From the NCBI GenBank assembly GCA_048268855.1, contig JBLWUR010000006.1, forward strand, positions 38,474 to 102,473: 64,000 bases of DNA. The letters run 5' to 3'. The notes below the pieces were generated by a model. That model did no database searches. It saw only the letters and a list, made by a program, of their open reading frames with translations, and had not been told where the DNA came from. The first letter of the stretch is position 1; each line of letters begins with the position of its first letter. The translations under genes and the position numbers were made by a program. This document shows, piece after piece, positions 8,939-18,651 of this stretch. Source of the stretch: Fulvivirga sp. (GTDB taxonomy: Bacteria > Bacteroidota > Bacteroidia > Cytophagales > Cyclobacteriaceae).

Positions 8939-10479
8939 TAACTCCTACTAATAAAATTTTGCCAGTCATCTAAAAGTGGGCTTTTCATCACCCTAGGAAA
9001 TTTATTCTGTCCACCAACTTTTCCTCTTGACTCCATCCAATTATAAAACATATTGACGGGCAAAACATCTACTATTATATCTTTTAAAGCCGCAGAGCGC
9101 TCTACGGCATAATCATCATTAAGCTCCTTTAGATAACTATCCAATTTCGTTCGGAAAAGACTAGAATCTACTTTATCGTCTGTACCCACGTACCAGTGGT
9201 GAGCAAATAAAGATCCATGAGGTATGCCTGCTACTGTAAATTCAGGAACCTCAATATTCAATTCATCCGCCACCATTTCTACAGCTTTATTCATGTTATC
9301 CACTGATAAATGTTCTCCGCAAAGACTTAAAAAATGCTTCGTTCGACCAGTAATTACAATCTCAGCCTCTTCTATACTCGTAAATTTTATGACGTCTCCG
9401 ATCATATATCTCCAGGCTCCCGCACAAGTGGACAACAGAAGTGCATATTCTTTGCCTTCTTCAACTCCATCAATCATAAAAGTTTCCGCATTCTCTTTCA
9501 CATCGCCATTAGAATCGAAATTGTTGTCATCAAATGGGATGAACTCATAAAAAATACCATTATTTAACACCAATCTCATTGATCGATAATTTGGCTTATT
9601 CTGAAAAGCTATAAAACCCTCCGAAGCTAGATAGGTTTCTATGGTATAGATTTCACGTCCAAGTAATTTAGCAAATCCTTTTCTATATGGATCAAAAGAA
9701 ACTCCCCCATGAACATAGACACTTAGGTTTGGCCATATCTCATGAATATTACTCACTTGGTGGTGGGCAATTATCTTTTCCATTAATATCTGTATCCAAG
9801 CAGGTACACCTACTATAATATTGATGTTCCAATTTTTAGCATTTTCAGCTATTTCATTCAATTTCGAATCCCAATCTCTGGTTTTTGCTATTTTCTTCCC
9901 TGGTTTGTAAAAATGTTGAAACCAAAACGGTAACTGTGCCGCTTGAATTCCGCTCAAGTCCCCTTCAAAATAGCTACCTCTATTATTTAAATGTGTACTT
10001 CCTCCTAACATTAAGATCCCTCCCTGAAAAAATTCAGCTGGTAAATCATACCTAGATAGAGAAAGAATTTGCCTAATACTTGTCTTTTGAATTGCCTTTT
10101 TCATATCCTTCGTAATCGGAAGATATTTTGATGCAGCCTCTGAAGTACCCGAGCTTAAAGCAAAATATTTAACTATACCGGGCCAGGTAACATTCCTTAC
10201 CCCTTGTCTTGACTTATACCACCACTCCTCATACATTTTATTGTAATTATGAATGGGTACATTGGTCTTGAATTTATTATAATAGTTGTTACCTCCCCAA
10301 GATTTAAACTCATTCAACACTTCTTTAAAATTATAATGTTGTCCGAAAAGTGTCTGGTTGGCTGTGATTAGCAAGTGCTTTAACTCTATCTTTTGCAAAT
10401 CAAGTGGATTCGTATAATCCTGTTCAAGACTTTCCCTTATTCGTATTCCTTTCTTTAATAAAGTACCCAGAATTGGCAT
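8938..10479 (-). CDS. GH3 auxin-responsive-promoter family protein (adenylate-forming acyl-amido ligase fold)
   Basis: FALSSGTSEAASKYLP (P-loop), GDLSGI, TYLASEGFIAFQ, YEFIP, GAWRYMIGDVI, ITGR, GGQNKFPR. Confidence 0.9.
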   Translation of the reverse strand: MPILGTLLKKGIRIRESLEQDYTNPLDLQKIELKHLLITANQTLFGQHYNFKEVLNEFKSWGGNNYYNKFKTNVPIHNYNKMYEEWWYKSRQGVRNVTWPGIVKYFALSSGTSEAASKYLPITKDMKKAIQKTSIRQILSLSRYDLPAEFFQGGILMLGGSTHLNNRGSYFEGDLSGIQAAQLPFWFQHFYKPGKKIAKTRDWDSKLNEIAENAKNWNINIIVGVPAWIQILMEKIIAHHQVSNIHEIWPNLSVYVHGGVSFDPYRKGFAKLLGREIYTIETYLASEGFIAFQNKPNYRSMRLVLNNGIFYEFIPFDDNNFDSNGDVKENAETFMIDGVEEGKEYALLLSTCAGAWRYMIGDVIKFTSIEEAEIVITGRTKHFLSLCGEHLSVDNMNKAVEMVADELNIEVPEFTVAGIPHGSLFAHHWYVGTDDKVDSSLFRTKLDSYLKELNDDYAVERSAALKDIIVDVLPVNMFYNWMESRGKVGGQNKFPRVMKSPLLDDWQNFISRS

Positions 10480-10538
10480 ATCGTGTCGGTTAAAAGTTCT
10501 TAATTTGTCAGAAATGCTATGTGGGCTAAAGTTATAAA

Positions 10539-11207
10539 ATGGATATTAAAAAAAGCATAAACGAAATCATCAATTACTTAAAAGGAAGTAATACAAGGTT
10601 AGTGGCAGTATCAAAAACGAAACCAGCATCCGCTATAATGGAAGCCTATGATACAGGGCATCGAGTATTTGGAGAAAATAAAGTTCAGGAACTAACTGAA
10701 AAAGCAGATCAGCTGCCTAAAGATATTGAATGGCATATGATTGGTCATTTACAACGTAATAAGGTAAAATATATGGCTTCCTTTGTTACGCTAATACATG
10801 CAATAGATAGTTTTAAATTGCTTAAGGAAGTAAATAAACAAGCAAAAAATAATGATAGAGTGATTGAGTGTTTGCTTCAAATACATATTGCTGAGGAGGA
10901 TACGAAATTTGGCCTAGATGAAAATGAAGTAATAGATTTATTGAAATCAGATGAACTTCAAACACTAGAAAACGTGAAAATTGTGGGGTTAATGGGCATG
11001 GCCACATTTACTGAAAATCAAGAACAGGTAAGAAGGGAATTTAAACATTTGAAAAATATTTTTGAGCTCGCTAAATCCACAAACTCGAAGAATGTGGAAA
11101 TAAAAGAATTGTCAATGGGAATGAGTGGTGACTACAAAATTGCTGTTGAAGAAGGTAGTACGCTTATCCGCGTTGGGAGTTCTATTTTTGGAGAAAGAAA
11201 TTATTAG
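10539..11207 (+). CDS. yggS: PLP homeostasis protein YggS/PROSC
   Basis: LVAVSKTK (PLP lysine), FGENKVQE, WHMIGHLQRNK, LSMGMSGD, RVGSSIFG. Confidence 0.96.
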   Translation: MDIKKSINEIINYLKGSNTRLVAVSKTKPASAIMEAYDTGHRVFGENKVQELTEKADQLPKDIEWHMIGHLQRNKVKYMASFVTLIHAIDSFKLLKEVNKQAKNNDRVIECLLQIHIAEEDTKFGLDENEVIDLLKSDELQTLENVKIVGLMGMATFTENQEQVRREFKHLKNIFELAKSTNSKNVEIKELSMGMSGDYKIAVEEGSTLIRVGSSIFGERNY

Positions 11208-11233
11208 AATATAGTCACAGGTTGATTTTTAAA

Positions 11234-11599
11234 ATGAATAAAACTATAAAAATAGCAGCCGTTTTTGGAGCATTGGCAGTAGCTATAGGTGCCTTTGGCG
11301 CACATGGATTAAAACCTTTTCTTATTGAAGCTGGACGTTTAGATACTTTTAAAACTGCGGTAGAATATCAGTTTTACCATACACTTGCCTTACTTTTTAT
11401 TGGTGTATTACAAATGCATTTCGATAATAAAAAACTTCAATGGGCTGCTCATGCAATGACTTTGGGCATTATCCTGTTTAGTGGTAGTCTTTATGTTCTT
11501 TGTGTTAGTGGTTTGGGAATTTTGGGTGCAATCACACCTATTGGTGGTCTCTTTTTAATCGCTGGCTGGGTATTGCTAATCTTTAATGCAAAAAAATAG
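11234..11599 (+). CDS. DUF423 inner membrane protein
   Basis: AVAIGAFGAHGL, FSGSLY, LGAITPIGG. Confidence 0.92.
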   Translation: MNKTIKIAAVFGALAVAIGAFGAHGLKPFLIEAGRLDTFKTAVEYQFYHTLALLFIGVLQMHFDNKKLQWAAHAMTLGIILFSGSLYVLCVSGLGILGAITPIGGLFLIAGWVLLIFNAKK

Positions 11600-11624
11600 G
11601 CCTACTTGCTATGCAAATAGGCCT
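11590..11624 (-). terminator. Probable intrinsic terminator between convergent DUF423 and DUF1573 genes
   Basis: AGGCCTA-C-TTGC/GCAA-A-TAGGCCT hairpin preceded on the + strand by an A-tract (U-tract on the minus strand). Confidence 0.6.
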
Positions 11625-11645
11625 TGATATAATTATTGATTTTCT

Positions 11646-12065
11646 TTAATTCTGATTCTCAGTTTTCTTTGGAAGTATATTGGTGATTATCGCTACCTTA
11701 TTTTGAGCTGTAGTTGCATTAGAAACAATAGTCACTACTTTATGTTGTCTTCCCATTTTTCCAGTGCTGTTAAATACTACTTTGATTTCAGATTTCTGTC
11801 CAGGAGCAATTGGATCTCTTGGCCAAACTGGAGCGGTACATCCACAAGTGGTTTGCACATTAGTGATAATTAGAGGCTCATTCCCTGTATTCTCAAATTC
11901 AAATACATGCTCAACTTTATCACCTTGCTGGATATCACCAAAATCAAATTGACTTTCACTAAATGCTATAGTTGGACCCGATGTTGATTCTGATGCCGCC
12001 ACTTCTTGAGCCACTGCTCCATAAATCGTAAATACTCCAAATACAAATACTATTAATGTTTTCAT
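11646..12065 (-). CDS. DUF1573 domain secreted protein
   Basis: Signal peptide; FDFGDI...FEFENTGNEPLII..V.TTCGCTAP...IAPG motif. Confidence 0.92.
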   Translation of the reverse strand: MKTLIVFVFGVFTIYGAVAQEVAASESTSGPTIAFSESQFDFGDIQQGDKVEHVFEFENTGNEPLIITNVQTTCGCTAPVWPRDPIAPGQKSEIKVVFNSTGKMGRQHKVVTIVSNATTAQNKVAIITNILPKKTENQN

Positions 12066-12153
12066 TTTTAGTTTAATTTATTACTTAACAAATATAAGTT
12101 CTTACTTACAACAATTAACAGGTTCTAACCAATTTTAACATTTCATTAAGAAG

Positions 12154-13545
12154 TTAGGCAAACATACATTTGTCAAAATTCACCAAAAACAATTGTGAAG
12201 TTGCCCTTGTTATTGCTGTATAAAGCCAACGAACATACTCTTTATCTATGCTATCCTCCTTTAGGTAACCCTGATCTACAAAAACGGTAGCCCATTGGCC
12301 TCCTTGTGCTTTATGGCAAGTAATGGCATAGGCAAATTTTACTTGTAGCGCATTAAGATAAGGATCACTTTTAATAGCTTCTTTTTTCTTTTTTGCCGTT
12401 AGATCAGCATAATCTGCACTTACACTTTGGTAAAGTGCATGATTTTGCTCCTGAGTCATCGCTGGACTTTCGGAATACAAAGTGTCTAGTATTACCTTAG
12501 CTTCAAAACTACTTTCTGATGGGTAATCCGCTAATCTTAATTGAAGAGTTGCAAACCTAAGGCCATGCATTTCTTCGAAATTGACAATCTTCATTATTTC
12601 CATAAAGTCACCATTAGCAATAAAACTGCCCGTAGTATCATCCGGAGAGTGTATATAATTATTCCTGACGACCATAAGTAGCTCCCCTGCCTCAATCTCG
12701 GATTCATAAAAATGAATGGCATTTCGGATATACTGATTGTAAGCATTGGCCGTCTTATTCGAACGGCATAAAATGATAGTATTTTCAATGCCCACATTAT
12801 CATAAGCATACCTAATACCATCTTCCATACGCGCCCCGGTCATCTTAAAGGTGTCATTAAAGGCCGTTGAAATCGCAATCCTCGGTGTATTGGCACTTAA
12901 TTGATTTCTTAGATTGGTCGCATTAATCAAAATTCCTGAATCAATTTCCTGTCGCATTACCTCAGTAAGGGTGACCTCATCGGTTTTTATATTAAATTTC
13001 AACTGCAGGGCTTCACTATCAAGCGCTGGGCTCAATAACTGTCCCACGGGAGGTAATTGAGCATCATCTCCAACTAATATGAGTTTATTTGTGCTATCAG
13101 AGAACACATAATCTACCAAATCTGTCAGCAGTCCCGTTTGACCGAATCCTGCATCTTCATTAATCATGGATGATTCATCAACTATATAGACTGTGTTTTT
13201 GGCATAATTTTTTTGTCTTTTGAATTTCAGACCTACCTCTCCTTCGGCTACTTGCTTATAAATTTTTTTATGAATTGTGAAGGCCATTCGTTGAGAATAA
13301 GAAGACATCACTTTTGCCGCTCTACCTGTTGGTGCAAGTAAAACGAACTTCATATTAAAGGAAGGTAACACCTGTACCAATGTACTGATGACAGTAGTCT
13401 TTCCTGTACCAGCATAGCCCTTAACCAATAGAACAGGTAAGCTATTTTCGTCCAATAGTTGATCTACCTTATGGAAGAACTCAACCTGCCCCTTAGTAGG
13501 TTCGAAGGGAAATTTTTGAAATAATATTTCTGATGGTTTTGGCAC
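12154..13545 (-). CDS. ATP-dependent RecD-like SF1B DNA helicase
   Basis: Walker A GYAGTGKTT, LAPTGRAA, DESSMI, GDDAQLPPV, FAYAITCHKAQGGQW, RWLYTAITRA; GTG start. Confidence 0.92.
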   Translation of the reverse strand: MPKPSEILFQKFPFEPTKGQVEFFHKVDQLLDENSLPVLLVKGYAGTGKTTVISTLVQVLPSFNMKFVLLAPTGRAAKVMSSYSQRMAFTIHKKIYKQVAEGEVGLKFKRQKNYAKNTVYIVDESSMINEDAGFGQTGLLTDLVDYVFSDSTNKLILVGDDAQLPPVGQLLSPALDSEALQLKFNIKTDEVTLTEVMRQEIDSGILINATNLRNQLSANTPRIAISTAFNDTFKMTGARMEDGIRYAYDNVGIENTIILCRSNKTANAYNQYIRNAIHFYESEIEAGELLMVVRNNYIHSPDDTTGSFIANGDFMEIMKIVNFEEMHGLRFATLQLRLADYPSESSFEAKVILDTLYSESPAMTQEQNHALYQSVSADYADLTAKKKKEAIKSDPYLNALQVKFAYAITCHKAQGGQWATVFVDQGYLKEDSIDKEYVRWLYTAITRATSQLFLVNFDKCMFA

Positions 13546-13547
13546 TT

Positions 13548-13997
13548 TTAAGACAGTGGCTTAAAATCTCCAGGAGATATCGTCACCATAGTTGCAGAAG
13601 CCTTAGCTATTAAGGTTTCCTTTTCTTGAGCAATACTCCATACTTCAGCTTCGCAAAAATTCATTTTACGTCCTTGTTTTAAAACCCACCCTTTTGCTCT
13701 CAACTTCTCCCCCACACCTGGGTTGAGATATGAAATTTTCATTTCTCCAGTGACCACGTTATGTCCTTTTTCTACAAGAGTGTAAGCTGCAAATCCAGCA
13801 ACAGTGTCGGCCAGAGTAGCAACGAGCCCTCCATGGGCAAAGCCTTTTTGTTGTTTATGAATTTCTTTTAGTTCAAGTTCTCCTTCTGTGCGACCCACTT
13901 CAATTACATCAAGGGTGAACCCAATAAACTTCATGAAATGTTGCTTCTCGAGGTGCTCTAATATTAATGATTTAAAATCAGGATTATATGCTTGCAT
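13548..13997 (-). CDS. PaaI-family thioesterase (hotdog fold)
   Basis: HKQQKGFAHGGLVATLADTVAG, ISYLNP. Confidence 0.9.
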   Translation of the reverse strand: MQAYNPDFKSLILEHLEKQHFMKFIGFTLDVIEVGRTEGELELKEIHKQQKGFAHGGLVATLADTVAGFAAYTLVEKGHNVVTGEMKISYLNPGVGEKLRAKGWVLKQGRKMNFCEAEVWSIAQEKETLIAKASATMVTISPGDFKPLS

Positions 13998-14016
13998 ATT
14001 TTAATATTGAAAAGTG

Positions 14017-14024
14017 CAAATATA
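14017..14024 (-). promoter_or_regulatory. Bacteroidota sigma-A -7 element for the PaaI/RecD-like operon
   Basis: TATATTTG on the minus strand matches TAnnTTTG, 19 nt upstream of the PaaI ATG. Confidence 0.6.
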
Positions 14025-14131
14025 GGTCTTGTTTTGACAAGCTCATACTTAGGTGGGTCTAGTATTTGATGGGCTAAATATTAAGCAAGATCTTTAAGTG
14101 ATACTTGCTTAACAGCTTCATTGGACAAATA

Positions 14132-14297
14132 TTAAACCCCTTTGGGGTTATTTAAGTTGTCTGTCTCTTTTATTAACGTTTAATCCCTTCGGGATTAGAA
14201 TTCATTAACTGTTAAAACCTGGAGTGAGATTAATCCCGAAGGGATTAAATACGAATAACTATAAAAGAATATTCCCTCAAACCCTGAAGGGGTTTAA
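14132..14297. repeat. Nested inverted REP-like element (REPIN/MITE-like), four hairpin units
   Basis: Inner pair 14179-14197 and 14231-14249 are exact 19-bp reverse complements (TTTAATCCCTTCGGGATTA). Outer pair 14132-14150 and 14279-14297 match at 16/19. Spacers are 28 and 29 nt. Confidence 0.75.
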
Positions 14298-14338
14298 CCA
14301 TGCAGGAATTAGGAGTAAAGTGCTTAATTTAGACCTAC

Positions 14339-14818
14339 ATGAATAATATAGAGGAGACATTTGGTCATAGTGTGCGTATCAGGGTCTGTGGAATTTGTAT
14401 TGAAGAAGGTAAATTATTGTTAGTGAACCATGCTATGGGAAGGAAAATGGAGCTTTGGTTGCCCCCGGGTGGTGGGATAAATTTAAATGAAAGCGCTGAA
14501 GAAGCTCTAATCAGGGAATTCAAAGAAGAGACGGGTTTAAATATTGAAGTGGAAAAATTTATGTTTGTTAATGAATTTAAATCTGGTGTACTGCATGCAA
14601 TAGAATTGTTTTTCAAGGTAAAAAAAACTGGCGGAACATTAGCTAAAGGATTTGATCCAGAGCTTTCAAAAGGCCATCAGATAATAAATAAAGTAGAATT
14701 TGTGTCTTTTAAAGAGATCGCAATTATGGAAGATGAAATACTACATAATATATTACACGGAAATATCAGTCAAGAATATTTATTAAATATGACGGGCTAT
14801 TTTAAATTATGGCAATAA
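14339..14818 (+). CDS. NUDIX hydrolase
   Basis: Nudix box PGGGINLNESAEEALIREFKEETGL. Confidence 0.92.
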   Translation: MNNIEETFGHSVRIRVCGICIEEGKLLLVNHAMGRKMELWLPPGGGINLNESAEEALIREFKEETGLNIEVEKFMFVNEFKSGVLHAIELFFKVKKTGGTLAKGFDPELSKGHQIINKVEFVSFKEIAIMEDEILHNILHGNISQEYLLNMTGYFKLWQ

Positions 14819-14894
14819 TTGCATTAATTAGCGGGTATATTCATTATGTTTTACTTCGCAAAAGACTTATAATTGCAATCAAAAAATCATAGAA

Positions 14895-15704
14895 ATGAGC
14901 GTTACTAGAATTATCTCAATTGTCCTTTTAGTCCTAAGCCTTGGATTGGGATTTTATTTGGTGAATAGTATAAAATCCACCATCGATGATCAGTCTTTAA
15001 TAGCTGAGAGGGAAGCCGCAATTATCAATAAACTGATGCTAATTAAAGAAGCTGAAATAGTTTATCTTGAAGTAAATGGTAGTTACACCAGTGACTGGGA
15101 TAAATTGATCAATTTTATTGAAAACGGTAAATACCCTATTGTTCAAAAGAAAGAAAGAGTAGTAACGCTAAGTTATGGGGCAGATAGCTCTATAGTGACG
15201 TACGATACTTTAGATATAATATCAGCTAAAGATAGAATATTTAAAGCATCACATAATATCAATGCTGCTAACAGTGGCACATTTGTGGAATATAACATTG
15301 CGCTAGGCGAACAAGCTTTAAAAGGTGCTCCTGCCTATACTATTAATCAAGATGGTAAAAATGTGACCCACAAGTTTAAAGAAAATGGTAAGGTAACTAG
15401 CCGTAAAAGATTTACAGAAGGTATGCCTCTTACTAAGGGTCAATTGATGATGACTATTGAAGAAAATAAATTTGACCGTAACATTGATATTAGTCGATTA
15501 GCTTACGTGCCAGGGTATGATGATGTGAAATTCGATATTTACGCAGCTGAAATTGAAAGAAGTAATCAATTGGTTGATGTGATTGAGGTAAAAAACCCAA
15601 AGCCATTTAATCCGGCAAGGCGTGAAGACAACGAGGCTAAAAACAGAAAGCCTCTAAGATTTGGATCAAAAACAGACGTAACCACTTCAGGAAACTGGGA
15701 ATAG
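14895..15704 (+). CDS. Conserved membrane-anchored hypothetical protein with a pilin-like N-terminal helix
   Basis: N-terminal TM helix then a long amphipathic helix, WDKLINFIENG; C-terminal LRFGS..D...SGNWE; leads the DUF3822-coaD operon. Confidence 0.75.
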   Translation: MSVTRIISIVLLVLSLGLGFYLVNSIKSTIDDQSLIAEREAAIINKLMLIKEAEIVYLEVNGSYTSDWDKLINFIENGKYPIVQKKERVVTLSYGADSSIVTYDTLDIISAKDRIFKASHNINAANSGTFVEYNIALGEQALKGAPAYTINQDGKNVTHKFKENGKVTSRKRFTEGMPLTKGQLMMTIEENKFDRNIDISRLAYVPGYDDVKFDIYAAEIERSNQLVDVIEVKNPKPFNPARREDNEAKNRKPLRFGSKTDVTTSGNWE

Positions 15705-15708
15705 ACTA

Positions 15709-16596
15709 TTGAATACGACAGCGGAAGGCTACAAGCTTATAAAAAAAATTAAGGATGCAAAGTTCGAAGTTGAGAACTTACATCAGTATAATCTATTGTT
15801 GCAGGTCGGGGTTCGTGATTTACAAATTGCTGTAATAGATTCTTCAAACAACAAAACAATGTTGCTTGAAGATTATGTTCTGGCAAGTACCAAAACTTAC
15901 CGTGAGCTCAAGGTTTTACTGACTCATTTATTCGAAGATCATCACTTATTAATGGCGGGATTTTGGAAGACCGTGAGAGTAAGTGTAAAGAACAATAAAT
16001 TTTCTCTTATCCCTTCTTCACTTTTTGTAAAAGAAGCATCAGTAGACTATTTGAGGCTCAATTCAAAATTTGATAGCTCTTCAGAAGAAATTCTATATTA
16101 TAAGCATATAAAGTCAGATGCCATTTGCGTGTTTGCGATGAACAAACTCCTCGTGGAGTGGATAAAATCCCTTTATCCAAATGCAGAGGTACAGTTTATC
16201 CATCAGTCAAGTGCACTAATTGAAGGGGCAATTAATTTCGCTAAAGTGAACAAAAAAGATTCAATGTATTTATACGTTGATCGATTCAAATTACATATTA
16301 TCACCCTTCGTAATGGACAGCTTGAATACTACAACCAATTTGCCATTAAGCAGTTCAATGATTATATACGTTATATCATGTTGGTGATGAAAGGGCTTAA
16401 TAAAAGTCAAAAAACTAGTGATGTAGTAATGTGGGGTTATATTGGCAAACAATCGCCTCATTACAATGAGTTCTATCGATTCATAAAAAACATATCATTC
16501 GGAGACCGACCTGATTACCTAAAATTTGGATTTGTTTTTGACGAAGTGCAAGAACATCACTTTTTTGACCTGTACAGCATGCACCTTTGTTCGTAA
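15709..16596 (+). CDS. DUF3822 family protein
   Basis: Cytoplasmic protein with NNKFSLIPSSLF, YYNQF and DYIRYIM patterns; usual position upstream of coaD; TTG start. Confidence 0.8.
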   Translation: MNTTAEGYKLIKKIKDAKFEVENLHQYNLLLQVGVRDLQIAVIDSSNNKTMLLEDYVLASTKTYRELKVLLTHLFEDHHLLMAGFWKTVRVSVKNNKFSLIPSSLFVKEASVDYLRLNSKFDSSSEEILYYKHIKSDAICVFAMNKLLVEWIKSLYPNAEVQFIHQSSALIEGAINFAKVNKKDSMYLYVDRFKLHIITLRNGQLEYYNQFAIKQFNDYIRYIMLVMKGLNKSQKTSDVVMWGYIGKQSPHYNEFYRFIKNISFGDRPDYLKFGFVFDEVQEHHFFDLYSMHLCS

Positions 16597-16656
16597 TGAT
16601 GCCTTTTGGAATTAGTAAATAATCTAACTCCAACTGACAATTAAACATTAGAAACC

Positions 16657-17118
16657 ATGAATAGAAAAGTAGCCATTTTTCCAGGTTCATTTGATCCATT
16701 CACAAAAGGCCATGAAGACATCGTACTAAGGGGATTAGAGCTCTTTGATGAGATTATTGTAGCTATTGGCCACAATGCTCAGAAAAACATTCGCTATTTC
16801 GAGATTGAAAAAATGGTCGGTTACATTGAAAAAACGTTTGTAGACCAACCTAATGTAGGTGTTATGGTCTATAACGAACTTACTGCAGATTTAGCAAGAA
16901 AACACCAAGCTAATTTTTTATTGAGAGGCCTTAGAAATACTACAGATTTTGAATATGAAAATAGTATAGCTCAGGTTAATCGCTATTTAAATACCGAACT
17001 AGAATCTGTATTTCTTATTACATCACCACAATTTGCAGCTATAAGCTCTTCCATTATTCGTGAAGTACATAGATATGATGGCAATATTAGCGACTTCCTT
17101 CCCTACCAGATAGATTAA
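16657..17118 (+). CDS. coaD: Phosphopantetheine adenylyltransferase
   Basis: FPGSFDPFTKGH, RGLRNTTDFEYE, ISSSIIRE. Confidence 0.97.
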   Translation: MNRKVAIFPGSFDPFTKGHEDIVLRGLELFDEIIVAIGHNAQKNIRYFEIEKMVGYIEKTFVDQPNVGVMVYNELTADLARKHQANFLLRGLRNTTDFEYENSIAQVNRYLNTELESVFLITSPQFAAISSSIIREVHRYDGNISDFLPYQID

Positions 17119-17813
17119 GAAGCTATCTGCGCGCTGTCCTTTTCCTTCTCTTTTACAAAATATTGGTCAAAGACAAAGCTTATTGATTTATAGGAATGCT
17201 CAAGCGCATGAAAAACTTCTTTAGGGGTCATCCAGCGAACCTCTTCAATATCTTCCTCCACCTGTGGTCGCATTTTTTTGTCCTTCAACACGTCCATGGC
17301 AAACCAAGTTGTCTTTTTTAAGATCATTTTGCGCTTCATAGTGTAGGTATGCCAAGTAGTACATATTTTTTCTCCAAGCTCCACTTCTACACCACACTCC
17401 TCTTCCACCTCACGTTTGGCACCTTGTTTATGGTTCTCCCCTTTTTCAAGTTTCCCTTTTGGCAGATCCCATTTTTTCAATCGGTAGATCATGAGTACTT
17501 TATCCTTTTTTCTCACCAATCCACCAGCTGCTTTAATGACCTTAAATTTCTTTTTTAAAAAGGTCTTTACCTCCTCATAGTCATCTACAGTCAACGTAAG
17601 TGAAATTAATCCACTGAAGCTAGTTGTATCCAATAGATTTAGAATCCTTTCTATTTCATCTGTTTTTGCGTGCTTTATCCAAACCCTATGTAGCAATTTT
17701 GCCTTTGTAATGGGTTCAATCTCAGCGTTAATAATAAGATTGAATTCTCTTTTATCAGGCTTTACCTGTGGCCCTAAAATTTGAACTGGAATGTCATTGA
17801 TGAAGAGGTTCAT
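17115..17813 (-). CDS. NUDIX hydrolase with N-terminal extension
   Basis: IKAAGGLV, WDLPKGKLEKGE...AKREVEEECG Nudix box. Confidence 0.88.
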   Translation of the reverse strand: MNLFINDIPVQILGPQVKPDKREFNLIINAEIEPITKAKLLHRVWIKHAKTDEIERILNLLDTTSFSGLISLTLTVDDYEEVKTFLKKKFKVIKAAGGLVRKKDKVLMIYRLKKWDLPKGKLEKGENHKQGAKREVEEECGVEVELGEKICTTWHTYTMKRKMILKKTTWFAMDVLKDKKMRPQVEEDIEEVRWMTPKEVFHALEHSYKSISFVFDQYFVKEKEKDSAQIAS

Positions 17814-17906
17814 CGAAAAGCGTTGAGGTTTAAGTTTAACAAATGACTGTAAAATTTATTTGCGCACCAATAGATATTAACTTTTTTAATCAATAATTTC
17901 GTGTCC

Positions 17907-18557
17907 ATGACGCATTCCCCAAATACCAATAGCATTGGAGCTGAAGTCGCTTCAAAACTACTTGACATAGAAGCCATAAAGCTCAATTTAAACAAGCCCT
18001 TTGTTTGGAGCTCTGGGTGGAACTCACCCATCTATTGCGATAATAGACTTTCACTCTCTTATAGCGATATAAGAACTACAATTAAGAATGCGTTAGCGGA
18101 TGTTATAAAGTCTGCGTATAGTAATGTAGAAGCCATTGCAGGCGTAGCTACTGCGGGCATCCCGCAGGGTGCATTAGTAGCTGATGCCTTAAATATTCCC
18201 TTTGTCTATGTGCGATCAAAAGCTAAAGGACATGGAATGGAAAATATGATTGAGGGTAAGGTAACACCCGGGCAAAAAGTCGTAGTCATTGAAGATCTTG
18301 TTTCTACCGGTGGAAGTTCACTCAAGGCAGTAGCTGATTTGAGAAATGCAGGTTTTGAAGTTCTGGGTATGGCGGCCATATTTACCTATGGCTTTGATCT
18401 TGCCGATCAAAATTTTAAAGAGGCTGATGTTACACTCCATTGTCTCAGTAATTATAATATCCTACTGAAAGAGGCCCTTGAAAGAGGGGTGATAAAAGAA
18501 GAGCAACTAGCTACTCTTGAGAGTTGGAGGAAAGATCCTGCAAGCTGGGGGAAGTAG
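17907..18557 (+). CDS. pyrE: Orotate phosphoribosyltransferase
   Basis: WSSGWNSPIYCDNR, AGVATAGIP, PRPP motif VVVIEDLVSTGGSS. ATG 17907 preferred over GTG 17901. Confidence 0.96.
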   Translation: MTHSPNTNSIGAEVASKLLDIEAIKLNLNKPFVWSSGWNSPIYCDNRLSLSYSDIRTTIKNALADVIKSAYSNVEAIAGVATAGIPQGALVADALNIPFVYVRSKAKGHGMENMIEGKVTPGQKVVVIEDLVSTGGSSLKAVADLRNAGFEVLGMAAIFTYGFDLADQNFKEADVTLHCLSNYNILLKEALERGVIKEEQLATLESWRKDPASWGK

Positions 18558-18651
18558 ATCACTTGACATTTCCGTCCATAGACAAAGGCTAATTTTAAGT
18601 ATATTTATATAGTGATATCATTATAGAGGGTAACAATTCATCAAAATAGAT

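Noticed and set aside
16596-16657. No rsmD between DUF3822 and coaD
   Set aside because: The 60-bp gap shows no remnant, and I cannot verify how fixed that linkage is in this lineage.
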